From assembly GCA_041659125.1 (NCBI GenBank), contig JBAZYW010000002.1:1-42936 (forward strand): DNA of 42,936 nt, written 5' to 3'. The DNA is from Gallionellaceae bacterium (GTDB lineage Bacteria > Pseudomonadota > Gammaproteobacteria > Burkholderiales > Gallionellaceae). The translations under genes were made by a program, and so were the position numbers. Positions 30,458 to 39,081 of this stretch are shown one piece after another. Positions within the stretch are counted from its first letter, which is position 1, and the number at the start of each line of letters is the position of its first letter. The notes under the pieces are model-generated. The model was not told where the DNA came from and ran no database searches. It worked only from the letters and a program-made list of their open reading frames with translations.

Positions 30458-30507
30458 TGTAATTGTAGTGGCGCAAGTTGCTTGCTTCACAATAAATTGA
30501 GGTTGTT

Positions 30508-31794
30508 ATGAAAATTCTAGTCATCGGTAACGGCGGTCGCGAACACGCAATGGCATGGCGCTTGGCGCAGGGCGCCAAGGTGCAGAAGGTTTATGTCGCT
30601 CCCGGCAATGCGGGTACGGCGCTGGAAGAGGGCGTGGAAAACGTCGCCATCACCGCCATTCCCGAACTCATCGAATTCGTAAAGCGCGAGCACATCGAGA
30701 TTACCGTGGTCGGCCCGGAAGCGCCGCTCGCGGCGGGCATCGTGGATGCTTTCCATGTTGCCGGACTGAAGATCTTCGGGCCGACCCAAGCCGCCGCACA
30801 GCTGGAATCCTCCAAGGATTTCGCCAAGCGTTTCATGGCGCGCCACAACATTCCCACGGCTTTCTTTGAAACCTTCAGCGACATCAAATCTGCGAAAGCC
30901 TATGTCGAAAAACACGGCGCGCCCATCGTCGTCAAAGCCGACGGACTCGCGGCAGGCAAAGGCGTGGTCGTGGCGATGAACAAGGACGAAGCGTTCGATG
31001 CCATCGACATGATGTTGTCCGACAATAAACTCGGCGATGCAGGAGCGCGCGTGGTGGTCGAGGAGTTTCTCGCGGGCGAGGAAGCCAGCTTCATCGTCAT
31101 GGTCGACGGCAAGAACGTGTTGGCGATGGCGACCAGTCAGGATCACAAGCGTCTGCGCGACGGCGACCTCGGCCCCAACACCGGCGGCATGGGCGCGTAT
31201 TCCCCCGCTCCGGTGGTTTCCCCGAAAATCCATGCGCGCGTGCTGCGCGAGGTGATCCATCCCGTGGTGCAGGGCATGGCGAGCGAAGGCATCATCTACA
31301 CCGGCTTCTTATACGCGGGCCTGATGATCTCTCCCGACGGCGGCATCAAAGTACTGGAGTTCAACTGCCGCATGGGCGACCCGGAAACACAGCCCATCAT
31401 GCTGCGCTTGAAGAGCGACTTTGCCGCTATCGTCGAGCACGCCGTCAACGGCACGCTGGATAAAGTGGAAGCGGAGTGGGACAGGCGCACCGCGCTCGGC
31501 GTGGTGATGGCGGCGGCGAACTATCCCGACACGCCGCGCAAAGGCGACGCGATCAGCGGCCTGCCTGACCGGCTGACCGGGAAGCTGGAAGACGCGCATG
31601 TGTTCCATGCCGGCACCACGCTGCACGACGGCAAAGTGGTTACCAGCGGCGGGCGCGTGCTGTGCGTCGTGGCGCTCGGCGACATGGTGAAAGTGGCGCA
31701 GAAACGCGCCTACGAGATCGCCGACAACATCCACTTCGACGGATGCCAGATGCGGCGCGATATCGGCTACCGCGCCATCATGTCTAGGAAGTAA
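30508..31794 (+). CDS. purD: Phosphoribosylamine-glycine ligase
   Basis: [14 protein letters not shown] and an ATP-grasp domain ([21 protein letters not shown]), 428 aa. Confidence 0.97.
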   Translation: MKILVIGNGGREHAMAWRLAQGAKVQKVYVAPGNAGTALEEGVENVAITAIPELIEFVKREHIEITVVGPEAPLAAGIVDAFHVAGLKIFGPTQAAAQLESSKDFAKRFMARHNIPTAFFETFSDIKSAKAYVEKHGAPIVVKADGLAAGKGVVVAMNKDEAFDAIDMMLSDNKLGDAGARVVVEEFLAGEEASFIVMVDGKNVLAMATSQDHKRLRDGDLGPNTGGMGAYSPAPVVSPKIHARVLREVIHPVVQGMASEGIIYTGFLYAGLMISPDGGIKVLEFNCRMGDPETQPIMLRLKSDFAAIVEHAVNGTLDKVEAEWDRRTALGVVMAAANYPDTPRKGDAISGLPDRLTGKLEDAHVFHAGTTLHDGKVVTSGGRVLCVVALGDMVKVAQKRAYEIADNIHFDGCQMRRDIGYRAIMSRK

Positions 31795-32352
31795 TTGCAT
31801 CGCGCTGTTGCATCGCCCCACCGCATCGCCGCGCATCTCAAGCGCGGCGGCCTCATCGCCTACCCCACCGAGTCCTGTTACGGGCTGGGCTGCGACCCGG
31901 CCAATCGCAAGGCCGTACTAAAGCTGCTCAAGCTTAAACAGCGTCCGCAGCACAAAGGCTTGATTCTCATCGCCTCGCACTACCATCAAGTCGCACGCTA
32001 TCTGCAAGCAATCGCGCTCGCAGATCAGGCCAAATTACAAAACACCCGCACACAGGCTGTCACCTATCTGCTACCGACACGTCCTTCCGCGCCACGCTGG
32101 TTGCGCGGTACGCATAACACGCTGGCAGTGCGTCTCACTGCTCATCCATTTGCAAAACATCTTTGCCGTAGTGCCAACAGTGCATTGGTTTCCACCAGCG
32201 CCAACCGTAGCGGGCAACGACCCGCAAAGACCTACGCCGAGTGCCTGCGCTTATTCGGAAAAAAAGTGTGGGTATTACCGGGACGCGCGGGCAAACGCAG
32301 ACAACCTTCGACGATACAAGCATGGTCGGATGGTAGAATCGTGCGCAAATAA
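31795..32352 (+). CDS. tsaC: L-threonylcarbamoyladenylate synthase, YrdC/TsaC type
   Basis: [16 protein letters not shown] and STSAN motifs of the YrdC domain. TTG start immediately after the purD stop. No in-frame ATG lies upstream of the conserved block. Confidence 0.78.
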   Translation: MHRAVASPHRIAAHLKRGGLIAYPTESCYGLGCDPANRKAVLKLLKLKQRPQHKGLILIASHYHQVARYLQAIALADQAKLQNTRTQAVTYLLPTRPSAPRWLRGTHNTLAVRLTAHPFAKHLCRSANSALVSTSANRSGQRPAKTYAECLRLFGKKVWVLPGRAGKRRQPSTIQAWSDGRIVRK

Positions 32353-32369
32353 TTCAACAACCGTAAACC

Positions 32370-32449
32370 GTCATTCCCGCTTGATGAAACTACTAGCCAT
32401 TCGACTAAGCCAGCAAGCTGGCAAGTCGCTGGTTATGCGCGGGAATGAC
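32370..32449 (+). repeat. Nested inverted-repeat element in the tsaC-hemF spacer
   Basis: The outer arms are 11 bp and perfect: GTCATTCCCGC (32370-32380) / GCGGGAATGAC (32439-32449). The inner part is CGACT-AAG-CCAGC-AA-GCTGG-CA-AGTCG (about 32402-32427). Confidence 0.5.
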
Positions 32450-32467
32450 ACTGATTCTGGAGAAAAA

Positions 32468-33382
32468 ATGGATAGCAGCGCCGTCAAACAATACCTGCTT
32501 CAGTTGCAGGAACTCATCGTTGACCGTCTCGAACAAGTGGACGGCAAAAAATTCCTGCGCGACAAATGGACGCGTGCCACAGGTAGCGGTGGTATCGGCA
32601 AGGGCGAAGGGATTAGCTGCATCCTCGAAGAAGGCAATGTGCTGGAGCGCGGCGGTGTGGCGTTCTCGCATGTGCAGGGCGACAAGATGCCTGCCTCGGC
32701 CACAGCCCATCGCCCCGAGCTGGCCGGATGCAGCTGGGAGGCGATGGGCGTGTCGCTGGTGATGCACCCGCGCAATCCCTACGCGCCGACCTCGCACGCC
32801 AACGTGCGCATGTTCATGGCGCACAAACCCGACGGCGAAAAAGTGTTCTGGTTCGGCGGCGGTATGGATCTCACGCCTTACTACGGCTTCGAGGAAGATG
32901 CGAAACACTTCCATCAGGTATGCAAGAACTCGCTCGCACCATTCGATCCCTCGCTGCATGCGAAATATAAAAAATGGTGCGACGAATATTTTTTCCTCAA
33001 GCACCGCAACGAACCGCGTGGCGTGGGTGGCATCTTTTTCGACGACCTGAGCGAACCGGATTTCGATAGCTGCTTCGCCATCCAGCAAAGCGTGGGCGAC
33101 CACTACCTGTCGGCGTATGTACCGCTGCTGGAAAAACGCAAAGACACGCCCTACGGCGAACGCGAGCGCGACTTTCAGCTGTATCGTCGCGGCCGCTATG
33201 TCGAATTTAATCTGGTTGTCGACCGTGGCACTATTTTTGGTCTGCAATCGAACGGGCGCACCGAATCCATTCTGCTGTCCATGCCGCCGCTGGTGAAATG
33301 GCGCTACGATTGGCACCCCGAACCCGGCACGCCGGAAGCGGAGCTGTACGACAAATATCTTGTGCCTAAAGACTGGGTGTAA
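32468..33382 (+). CDS. hemF: Oxygen-dependent coproporphyrinogen-III oxidase
   Basis: [29 protein letters not shown] and FNLV.DRGT.FGL motifs. GGAG RBS before the ATG at 32468. The upstream part of the ORF-track ORF overlaps tsaC. Confidence 0.93.
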   Translation: MDSSAVKQYLLQLQELIVDRLEQVDGKKFLRDKWTRATGSGGIGKGEGISCILEEGNVLERGGVAFSHVQGDKMPASATAHRPELAGCSWEAMGVSLVMHPRNPYAPTSHANVRMFMAHKPDGEKVFWFGGGMDLTPYYGFEEDAKHFHQVCKNSLAPFDPSLHAKYKKWCDEYFFLKHRNEPRGVGGIFFDDLSEPDFDSCFAIQQSVGDHYLSAYVPLLEKRKDTPYGERERDFQLYRRGRYVEFNLVVDRGTIFGLQSNGRTESILLSMPPLVKWRYDWHPEPGTPEAELYDKYLVPKDWV

Positions 33383-33389
33383 GAAAAAC

Positions 33390-33418
33390 AAAACCCGCCA
33401 GCGGCGGGTTTTGTTTTT
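33390..33418 (+). terminator. Rho-independent terminator of hemF
   Basis: AAAACCCGCC-AGC-GGCGGGTTTT followed by GTTTTT. Confidence 0.8.
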
Positions 33419-33488
33419 AATCGTTCTTTACTGTTGAAGGCGAATGTTCAGAGCATCATCAAAACGATTCTGACTCCACCAACCTTCT

Positions 33489-33683
33489 CTACATGCAATA
33501 GGTCATTTGCTTGCCAGCCTGATTGAATTCCGTTTGCTCGGGATAGCAATCATGCCTCCAGCAACAGCCCTCAGGCGCGCAGTTATGTACGCATTTAGTG
33601 GCATAACAAGGTGCATGACCTTCATCAATCTGGATCTGGCGGATAAGCATTACCTGAAGACTAGATGAATTGTTTTGTAACAT
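33489..33683 (-). CDS. Hypothetical small Cys-rich protein (64 aa)
   Basis: MLQNNSSSLQVMLIRQIQIDEGHAPCYATKCVHNCAPEGCCWRHDCYPEQTEFNQAGKQMTYCM has 7 Cys. AAAGGGG lies 6 nt upstream of this ATG. It sits in an AT-rich spacer downstream of a terminator-like hairpin. No homology recognised. Confidence 0.35.
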   Translation of the reverse strand: MLQNNSSSLQVMLIRQIQIDEGHAPCYATKCVHNCAPEGCCWRHDCYPEQTEFNQAGKQMTYCM

Positions 33684-33836
33684 TTGCATCCCCTTTAAGT
33701 ATGAAAAACAGTGGGGGAATTTTACAAGCCTGAAATAAGAAACATATATGCCAAACGGTCTATATATTGTTGATATACATCTATATCCTGAACAAGAGTT
33801 GCCTTGAGGATTGCACCGCAATCTATTGTTTATCGG

Positions 33837-33866
33837 TAAAATAAAATACAACCTTCGGGGAAGGCC
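33837..33866 (-). terminator. Candidate terminator of the sensor gene
   Basis: The minus strand reads GGCCTTC-CCC-GAAGGTT (5 bp plus 2 G-U) followed by GTATTTTATTTTA. Confidence 0.35.
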
Positions 33867-33873
33867 GAGCTTA

Positions 33874-36800
33874 TTACTCGGACAATGACTTCCCGCTCGC
33901 CAGCACTGCATCGAATTCTTCTGCCGGCATCGGCTTGGCATATAGAAAACCTTGCACGTAGTCGCAACCTGCACTGAGTAAAATGTCGCGCTGCTCGGTA
34001 GTCTCCACGCCTTCCGCAACTACCTTCAAGCCGAGTTTATGCGCCATCACGATGATGGCTTCGGACAGCGCGAGGTCGTTCGGATCACTGGCGAGATCGC
34101 GCACGAAAGAACGGTCGATTTTGAGGTAGTCGATGTCGAACTTTTTCAGATAGGAAAGCGATGAGTAGCCGGTGCCAAAATCATCCAGCGCGACCTGTAT
34201 GCCCGCATCGCGGAAATTCAACAGGCTCTGCTTCACCTCCGTTCTGGCATCGAGCAACAGCCCCTCTGTGATTTCGATCACCACGCACTCGCCCGGCAGT
34301 CCGATCTTGTGCAAATGTGCCACCCAGCTTTCATGCTTGTCGTCGGGAAGGAATTGGTTCGGGGATTTGTTCACGCTCACCTGCTTGCAGGAATAGCCCT
34401 GCGTATGCCAGCGCCGCATCCATTCGACCGCTTCGTGGAAAACCCAATTGCCGATATCCACGATCAGCCCGGTCTCCTCTGCGAGTGGAATGAACTCTAG
34501 CGGGCTGACCAATCCGCGTTGCGGGTGTTGCCAGCGGATCAGCGCTTCGGCCTTGACGATCTCGCCGCTGCGCAGGTCGATGATAGGTTGGAAATATAAA
34601 CGGAACTGCTTGGCAGATAGCGCTCCGCGCAGATCTTTGATGAGATGCTGGCGTCTCTGCGCATGCTCCTGCATCTCTCCGGTGAAATAACTGAAGCCGT
34701 TGCGCCCGCGACTCTTGGCCACATACATCGCTTGATCGGCGTTCTTGAGCAAGTCTTCCACTGCGATGGCATCGTTGGGATAGAGCGTGATGCCGAGGCT
34801 GGCGGAAATATAGATCGACTCGTCGCCAAGATGGAACGGCAAGGCGAGTGTTTCGATAATATGCTCGGCAATCGACTCGACACGATGAGTGTCTTCGAGT
34901 TGCGACAGAATGACGGTGAATTCGTCGCCACCGATACGCGCCACCGTGTCGGAATCGCGCACGCAAGCACTGATGCGCTGCGCCGCCTCCACCAGCAACA
35001 GATCGCCGACATCGTGACCCAGAGTATCGTTCACTTCCTTGAAGCGGTCGAGGTCGATAAACAGCAGAGCCAGCACCTGATTCTTGCGTTGCGTCTTGTG
35101 CATCTCCTGTTCCAGACGGTCGTGGAACAAACGGCGGTTGGGCAGATGCGTGACGCTGTCGTAATTGGCCTGATGCCAGATCATATCCTCGGCACGCTTG
35201 TGTTCGATGGCGATGCTGGCAAGATTGGCTGCCTGCTGGATCAGACTAATATCGTTTTCGTCGGGAGCGCCGGAGTGACATTGATAGATAGCAAAGGTAC
35301 CGAGTATCTTTCCGCTGCTGGAGCGTATCGGCTCCGACCAGCACGAGACCAGCCCTCCCTGCTTGGCCAAGGCAAGGAATTCCGGAAAAGGCGTCCAGTA
35401 CGGATGAACATAAATGTCTTCGGCGATGACCCTTTCGCCCCGGAACGCTGCCGTGCCGCAACTGCCAACACCGTCGCCGATCGGCAAGCCGTGTACCGCA
35501 CGGTTATAATCTTCGGGCAAGCTCGGGGCCGCCCCCAGCAGCAGGCGTTTGCCCTCTTCATCCAATAGCAGAATGGAACAAAGCAGGCCGTTGCGGGCGC
35601 TCTCGACGCTGCGCACGATCTGCTGCAACACCTCCGGCAGCTCCCCGCCCTTGGCCAGCAACTCAAAAATCATGTTGCGCGTCCGCTCCTGCTCGATGTT
35701 GCGCTGGCGCTCGGTGATGTCGCGTCCGACGCCGATCAGGCCAAGCAACTCGCCCTTGGCTCCGAACAGAGGAGTCTTGACCATCTCCAGAAAGATGTTG
35801 CGTCCGTCGGCAGCAGGCATCCATTCTTCGTAACGCAACGGTACTTTGCCGGCCATCGCCAACTTATCCTGCGCGTCGAAATATCGGGCCTTCTGCTCCG
35901 GCACAAAGTCGAAAATAGTCTTGCCGATAAGATCACTCTCGCTGCGCCCGAGCAAAGTCTCAAATGCCTTGTTGCAGCCGAGGAAGCGTCCCTCGCTATC
36001 CTTGTAAAAAATATAATCGGGAATCGTGTTGACCACGCTTTGCAAGCGATGCCCGATGGCGTGGATGACATCGTTTTGCGCCGCATCTTTCTCGCGGCGC
36101 AATATCTGGATGCGATCCGCCAAGGCAAAAGACAACAGCAACATCTCCAGCGCCGAACCGATCTGGATGCCGTACAGTGTGAGAAAGTTGGTCGGCATCA
36201 AACCCAGATTGCGCGCGCCCATCATCGAAACGCCCGTCATCAGCAGCGCCCATGCCAATAAAAAATATCTTGCGCCCGCCTGCTTCTTGCGCAAACAAAC
36301 GATGCCGCTACTGATGACCGCGATGGGCGTGGTCGCACCGAGCAGAGAAACGGCCAGCGCTCCCCAGCGATATGGCAGCAAAGCGCAGCCCAGCAAAGTC
36401 AGCACGAATAACGCGATGAGCAGCAACAATACGCGATCATGGCGCGGCGTATTCTTTCGGGTATCGAGAAAGTAGCGTGTGAACAAAATGCCGAACACGC
36501 CTGCCGCCGCGAAACCGACGGGAAGCGCCGCATTACCCCAGCCCGGCGCATCGGGCCACAGGAACTGGTTGCCCAATCCGCTCAGCGACAACAGCCCCAC
36601 CGCCAAGCTCGCGACAAAACACACATAAGCCAGATAGACGCGTTCGCGCAAAGAAAGGTACAGCAACAAGTTGTACAACATCAGTGCCAGCAACATGCCG
36701 AAATACAAAGCCAGCGCGCCGTAACTATTCTGGTTGTGCAGGTCGAAATCGTTCTCTTCCCACAAGTGCAACGGGATAGTCAGCGTGCCGGAAGATTGCA

Positions 36801-37308
36801 CGCGCAAATAGAGCGTCTGCTGTCCCTCCGACAACATGAGAGGAAATACGAAGTTGCGATGGACAGCAGGGCGCGCGGAAAACGGCACAAGATCGCCAGC
36901 CTCAAAATGTCGCCAACCGTTCGCACCGACGACGTAAAGCGTCACATGGTCGAGCGAGGGGAACGCGACTTCCAGCAACATGCGGCTGGCCGATACTTCA
37001 TGGGCATCGATGTTCAGGCGCAGCCAATACGTCGAGGCGGAATATCCGTAGTTGATGTCGCTATCGAGATTTACCCGACTCTGTATAGCGGGGTGAAAAT
37101 CACCACCATGAGCAGCGCTGCTAACCTCTTCGATGGTGAGCTTGCCTTCAGGATCTTCCAGCGCCTCCATATATTTGGCGATAGCAAAATACGAAGTCGC
37201 AGGCGACACCTCCAACGGTGCCGAGGCCTGCGCTACCGTGGCGCAGAACAAGGTGCAAAGCCCGAATAGCAGGCTGACGAAGACGGAAAGGCGAGCGGCA
37301 GTTTTCAT
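33874..37308 (-). CDS. 7TMR-DISM (extracellular DISMED2 + 7TM) - PAS - GAF - GGDEF - EAL signalling protein
   Basis: Signal peptide, a periplasmic domain of about 170 aa, then 7 hydrophobic helices. PAS (FYKDSEGRFLGCNKAFE) and a GAF-like region. RIGGDEF (intact GGDEF). EALIRW...DDFGTGYSS...EGVE..QG (intact EAL). Confidence 0.9.
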   Translation of the reverse strand: MKTAARLSVFVSLLFGLCTLFCATVAQASAPLEVSPATSYFAIAKYMEALEDPEGKLTIEEVSSAAHGGDFHPAIQSRVNLDSDINYGYSASTYWLRLNIDAHEVSASRMLLEVAFPSLDHVTLYVVGANGWRHFEAGDLVPFSARPAVHRNFVFPLMLSEGQQTLYLRVQSSGTLTIPLHLWEENDFDLHNQNSYGALALYFGMLLALMLYNLLLYLSLRERVYLAYVCFVASLAVGLLSLSGLGNQFLWPDAPGWGNAALPVGFAAAGVFGILFTRYFLDTRKNTPRHDRVLLLLIALFVLTLLGCALLPYRWGALAVSLLGATTPIAVISSGIVCLRKKQAGARYFLLAWALLMTGVSMMGARNLGLMPTNFLTLYGIQIGSALEMLLLSFALADRIQILRREKDAAQNDVIHAIGHRLQSVVNTIPDYIFYKDSEGRFLGCNKAFETLLGRSESDLIGKTIFDFVPEQKARYFDAQDKLAMAGKVPLRYEEWMPAADGRNIFLEMVKTPLFGAKGELLGLIGVGRDITERQRNIEQERTRNMIFELLAKGGELPEVLQQIVRSVESARNGLLCSILLLDEEGKRLLLGAAPSLPEDYNRAVHGLPIGDGVGSCGTAAFRGERVIAEDIYVHPYWTPFPEFLALAKQGGLVSCWSEPIRSSSGKILGTFAIYQCHSGAPDENDISLIQQAANLASIAIEHKRAEDMIWHQANYDSVTHLPNRRLFHDRLEQEMHKTQRKNQVLALLFIDLDRFKEVNDTLGHDVGDLLLVEAAQRISACVRDSDTVARIGGDEFTVILSQLEDTHRVESIAEHIIETLALPFHLGDESIYISASLGITLYPNDAIAVEDLLKNADQAMYVAKSRGRNGFSYFTGEMQEHAQRRQHLIKDLRGALSAKQFRLYFQPIIDLRSGEIVKAEALIRWQHPQRGLVSPLEFIPLAEETGLIVDIGNWVFHEAVEWMRRWHTQGYSCKQVSVNKSPNQFLPDDKHESWVAHLHKIGLPGECVVIEITEGLLLDARTEVKQSLLNFRDAGIQVALDDFGTGYSSLSYLKKFDIDYLKIDRSFVRDLASDPNDLALSEAIIVMAHKLGLKVVAEGVETTEQRDILLSAGCDYVQGFLYAKPMPAEEFDAVLASGKSLSE

Positions 37309-37394
37309 GGCCGCTCATCTTACGATAAATTTCCGCTGAAAATATGTTTCAATAACACTTAGCAGGTTAAAAATTAATGCACGGAAAGAAAGAT

Positions 37395-38015
37395 ATGCAA
37401 CCGAAAGAGCATTGGGAAAAAGTCTATAGCAGCAAAGCTGCTGACGCGGTGAGCTGGTTCCAGCCGCATGCCGACCTGTCGCTCGATCTCATCAAAGCCA
37501 CGGGAGCTGCACTCGACGCGGGCATCATCGACGTGGGCGGCGGCGCCTCGACGCTGGTGGACGATCTCATCGCCAATGGCTACAGCGACCTGACCGTACT
37601 CGATCTTTCTGCGGCTGCGCTGGATGCGGCCCGTCATCGTCTTGGAACGCAAGAAAGCAAAGTGAACTGGATCGTGGCCGACATCACCCAAGCCGAACTT
37701 CCGTCCAAGCGTTACGACATCTGGCATGACCGCGCCGTATTCCATTTCCTCACCACACAGAAACAACGCGATGCCTATGTGCGCACCGTATTCCATTCGG
37801 TCAAGCCGGGCGGCCATGTCATCATCGCCACCTTCGCCGAAGACGGCCCGGAGCAATGCAGCGGGCTACCCGTGATGCGCTATCGTGCGGATGATTTGCA
37901 CGACGAATTCGGCGACGCATTTACTTTGCTAAAGCATCAGAAAGAAGCGCACCAAACCCCGTTCGGCACCGTGCAGCAGTTCGTCTATTGCTATTGCCGC
38001 CGCGCGGGTTCCTGA
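37395..38015 (+). CDS. Class I SAM-dependent methyltransferase
   Basis: IIDVGGGASTLVDDL motif I and VKPGGHVIIATF. The start could be 37377 or 37395; the latter has a purine-rich GGAAAGAAAG upstream. Confidence 0.75.
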   Translation: MQPKEHWEKVYSSKAADAVSWFQPHADLSLDLIKATGAALDAGIIDVGGGASTLVDDLIANGYSDLTVLDLSAAALDAARHRLGTQESKVNWIVADITQAELPSKRYDIWHDRAVFHFLTTQKQRDAYVRTVFHSVKPGGHVIIATFAEDGPEQCSGLPVMRYRADDLHDEFGDAFTLLKHQKEAHQTPFGTVQQFVYCYCRRAGS

Positions 38016-38030
38016 TCTTCGTCCAAACAA

Positions 38031-38936
38031 TCACACCAGCTGTTTGATCCCCACCACCTTGGCTAGCGCCACTGCCTGCACCAATGCTTCGACAGCCTGT
38101 GTGCGCGCAAAGCTCTTACGCCATGCCAATGCGATACGCCGCGAAGGGATCGGCTTGGTGAAGGGAATGACTTTCAGCAAGCGGCTGCGATAACGCGGAC
38201 TGTTGGCTGAAGCGGGCAGCACGGTGATGCCGTGGCCGGAGGCGACCATGTTGCGTATGGTCTCCAGCGAGGTGCCATGTTGAATATCCGCGCTTTTGCG
38301 GTCGAGTTCCGGGCAAGCTTCGGCCACCTGATTGCTGAAGCAATGACCGGAATCGAGCAGTAACACTTTTTCTGCGGCTAACTCTTGCGCTTTGATGCTG
38401 CGCCGATTGGCCCAGCGATGTTCGTTGCCGATCACCACCTCGAACGGCTCGTCATATAACGACCTGGTGAGAATGCTGCCATCGCCGAACGGCAACGCGA
38501 TGATGATGATATCCAGCTTGCCGTTGCGCAGCAGAGTATCCAGATTAGCGGTGATGTTCTCTTCTATTTCCAGCTGCATTCCCGGCGCGATTTTTTTCAG
38601 CGAGGGGACAAGGTCGGGCAACAAATAGGGGCCGACGCTGTGGATGACGCCCAGACGCAAAACACCGGCCAACTGGTCTTCGCCGTACCGGGCGATTTCC
38701 CGGATGCGCCGGATCTCTTCCAGAGCGCGTTGCGCCTGCTCCACAATTGCACCGCCGACCTGCGTGAGGGAAACATCGCTTTTCCCGCGCTCGAAAATCT
38801 TCAGGCCCAATTCCTCTTCGAGCTTCTGTATCGCCAACGATAGAGCGGGTTGGCTGATGAATGATTTTTCTGCGGCGCGCCGGAAGTTGCGTTCCTGTGC
38901 CACGGCGACGATATAGCGTAGTTCGTTCAAAGTCAT
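38031..38936 (-). CDS. oxyR: LysR-family hydrogen peroxide-sensing regulator OxyR
   Basis: The HTH MTLNELRYIVAVAQERNFRRAAEKSFISQPALS. LLLDSGHCFSNQVAEAC...TSLETIRNMVASGHGITVLPA aligns with E. coli OxyR around the redox Cys199/Cys208. GGAGAG RBS before the ATG at 38936. Confidence 0.85.
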   Translation of the reverse strand: MTLNELRYIVAVAQERNFRRAAEKSFISQPALSLAIQKLEEELGLKIFERGKSDVSLTQVGGAIVEQAQRALEEIRRIREIARYGEDQLAGVLRLGVIHSVGPYLLPDLVPSLKKIAPGMQLEIEENITANLDTLLRNGKLDIIIIALPFGDGSILTRSLYDEPFEVVIGNEHRWANRRSIKAQELAAEKVLLLDSGHCFSNQVAEACPELDRKSADIQHGTSLETIRNMVASGHGITVLPASANSPRYRSRLLKVIPFTKPIPSRRIALAWRKSFARTQAVEALVQAVALAKVVGIKQLV

Positions 38937-38949
38937 AATGCTCTCCGCT

Positions 38950-39000
38950 GATTTGCATAGCAAATCGTAGCATATAAAATTTTCAATTAGATTTATCGGT
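38950..39000. promoter_or_regulatory. Putative OxyR operator in the oxyR / rubrerythrin divergent region
   Basis: Perfect palindrome GATTTGC-ATA-GCAAATC (38950-38966), followed by ATAG/TAG-containing AT-rich repeats (CATAGCAAATCGTAGCATAT...ATTAGATTTATCGG). Confidence 0.4.
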
Positions 39001-39081
39001 GCACAAAGCCTAAATTGCCAGCGTGGACGACGGGGCTTTTTCCGCAGTTCATTCGTTTCTCAAACTTTTTAGGAGACCATC

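Noticed and set aside
28740-30507. Search for direct repeats, att sites, an integrase or a tRNA at the borders of the low-GC insert
   Set aside because: By eye I found no convincing flanking direct repeat, only short chance similarities such as TGTAGAATTG and TGTAATTGTAG. No recombinase gene and no tRNA are present. I cannot call it a mobile element, only a compositionally foreign insertion.
32150-32467. Upstream extension of the hemF ORF overlapping tsaC
   Set aside because: The HemF-like sequence begins at [10 protein letters not shown] (32468) with a GGAG RBS. The extension overlaps the tsaC coding region and the structured spacer.
33684-34019. Long (176-aa) version of the Cys-rich ORF
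   Set aside because: Its upstream two-thirds overlaps the 3' end of the sensor gene and crosses a terminator-like hairpin and the AT-rich spacer. Only the last 64 codons, preceded by an RBS, are plausible.
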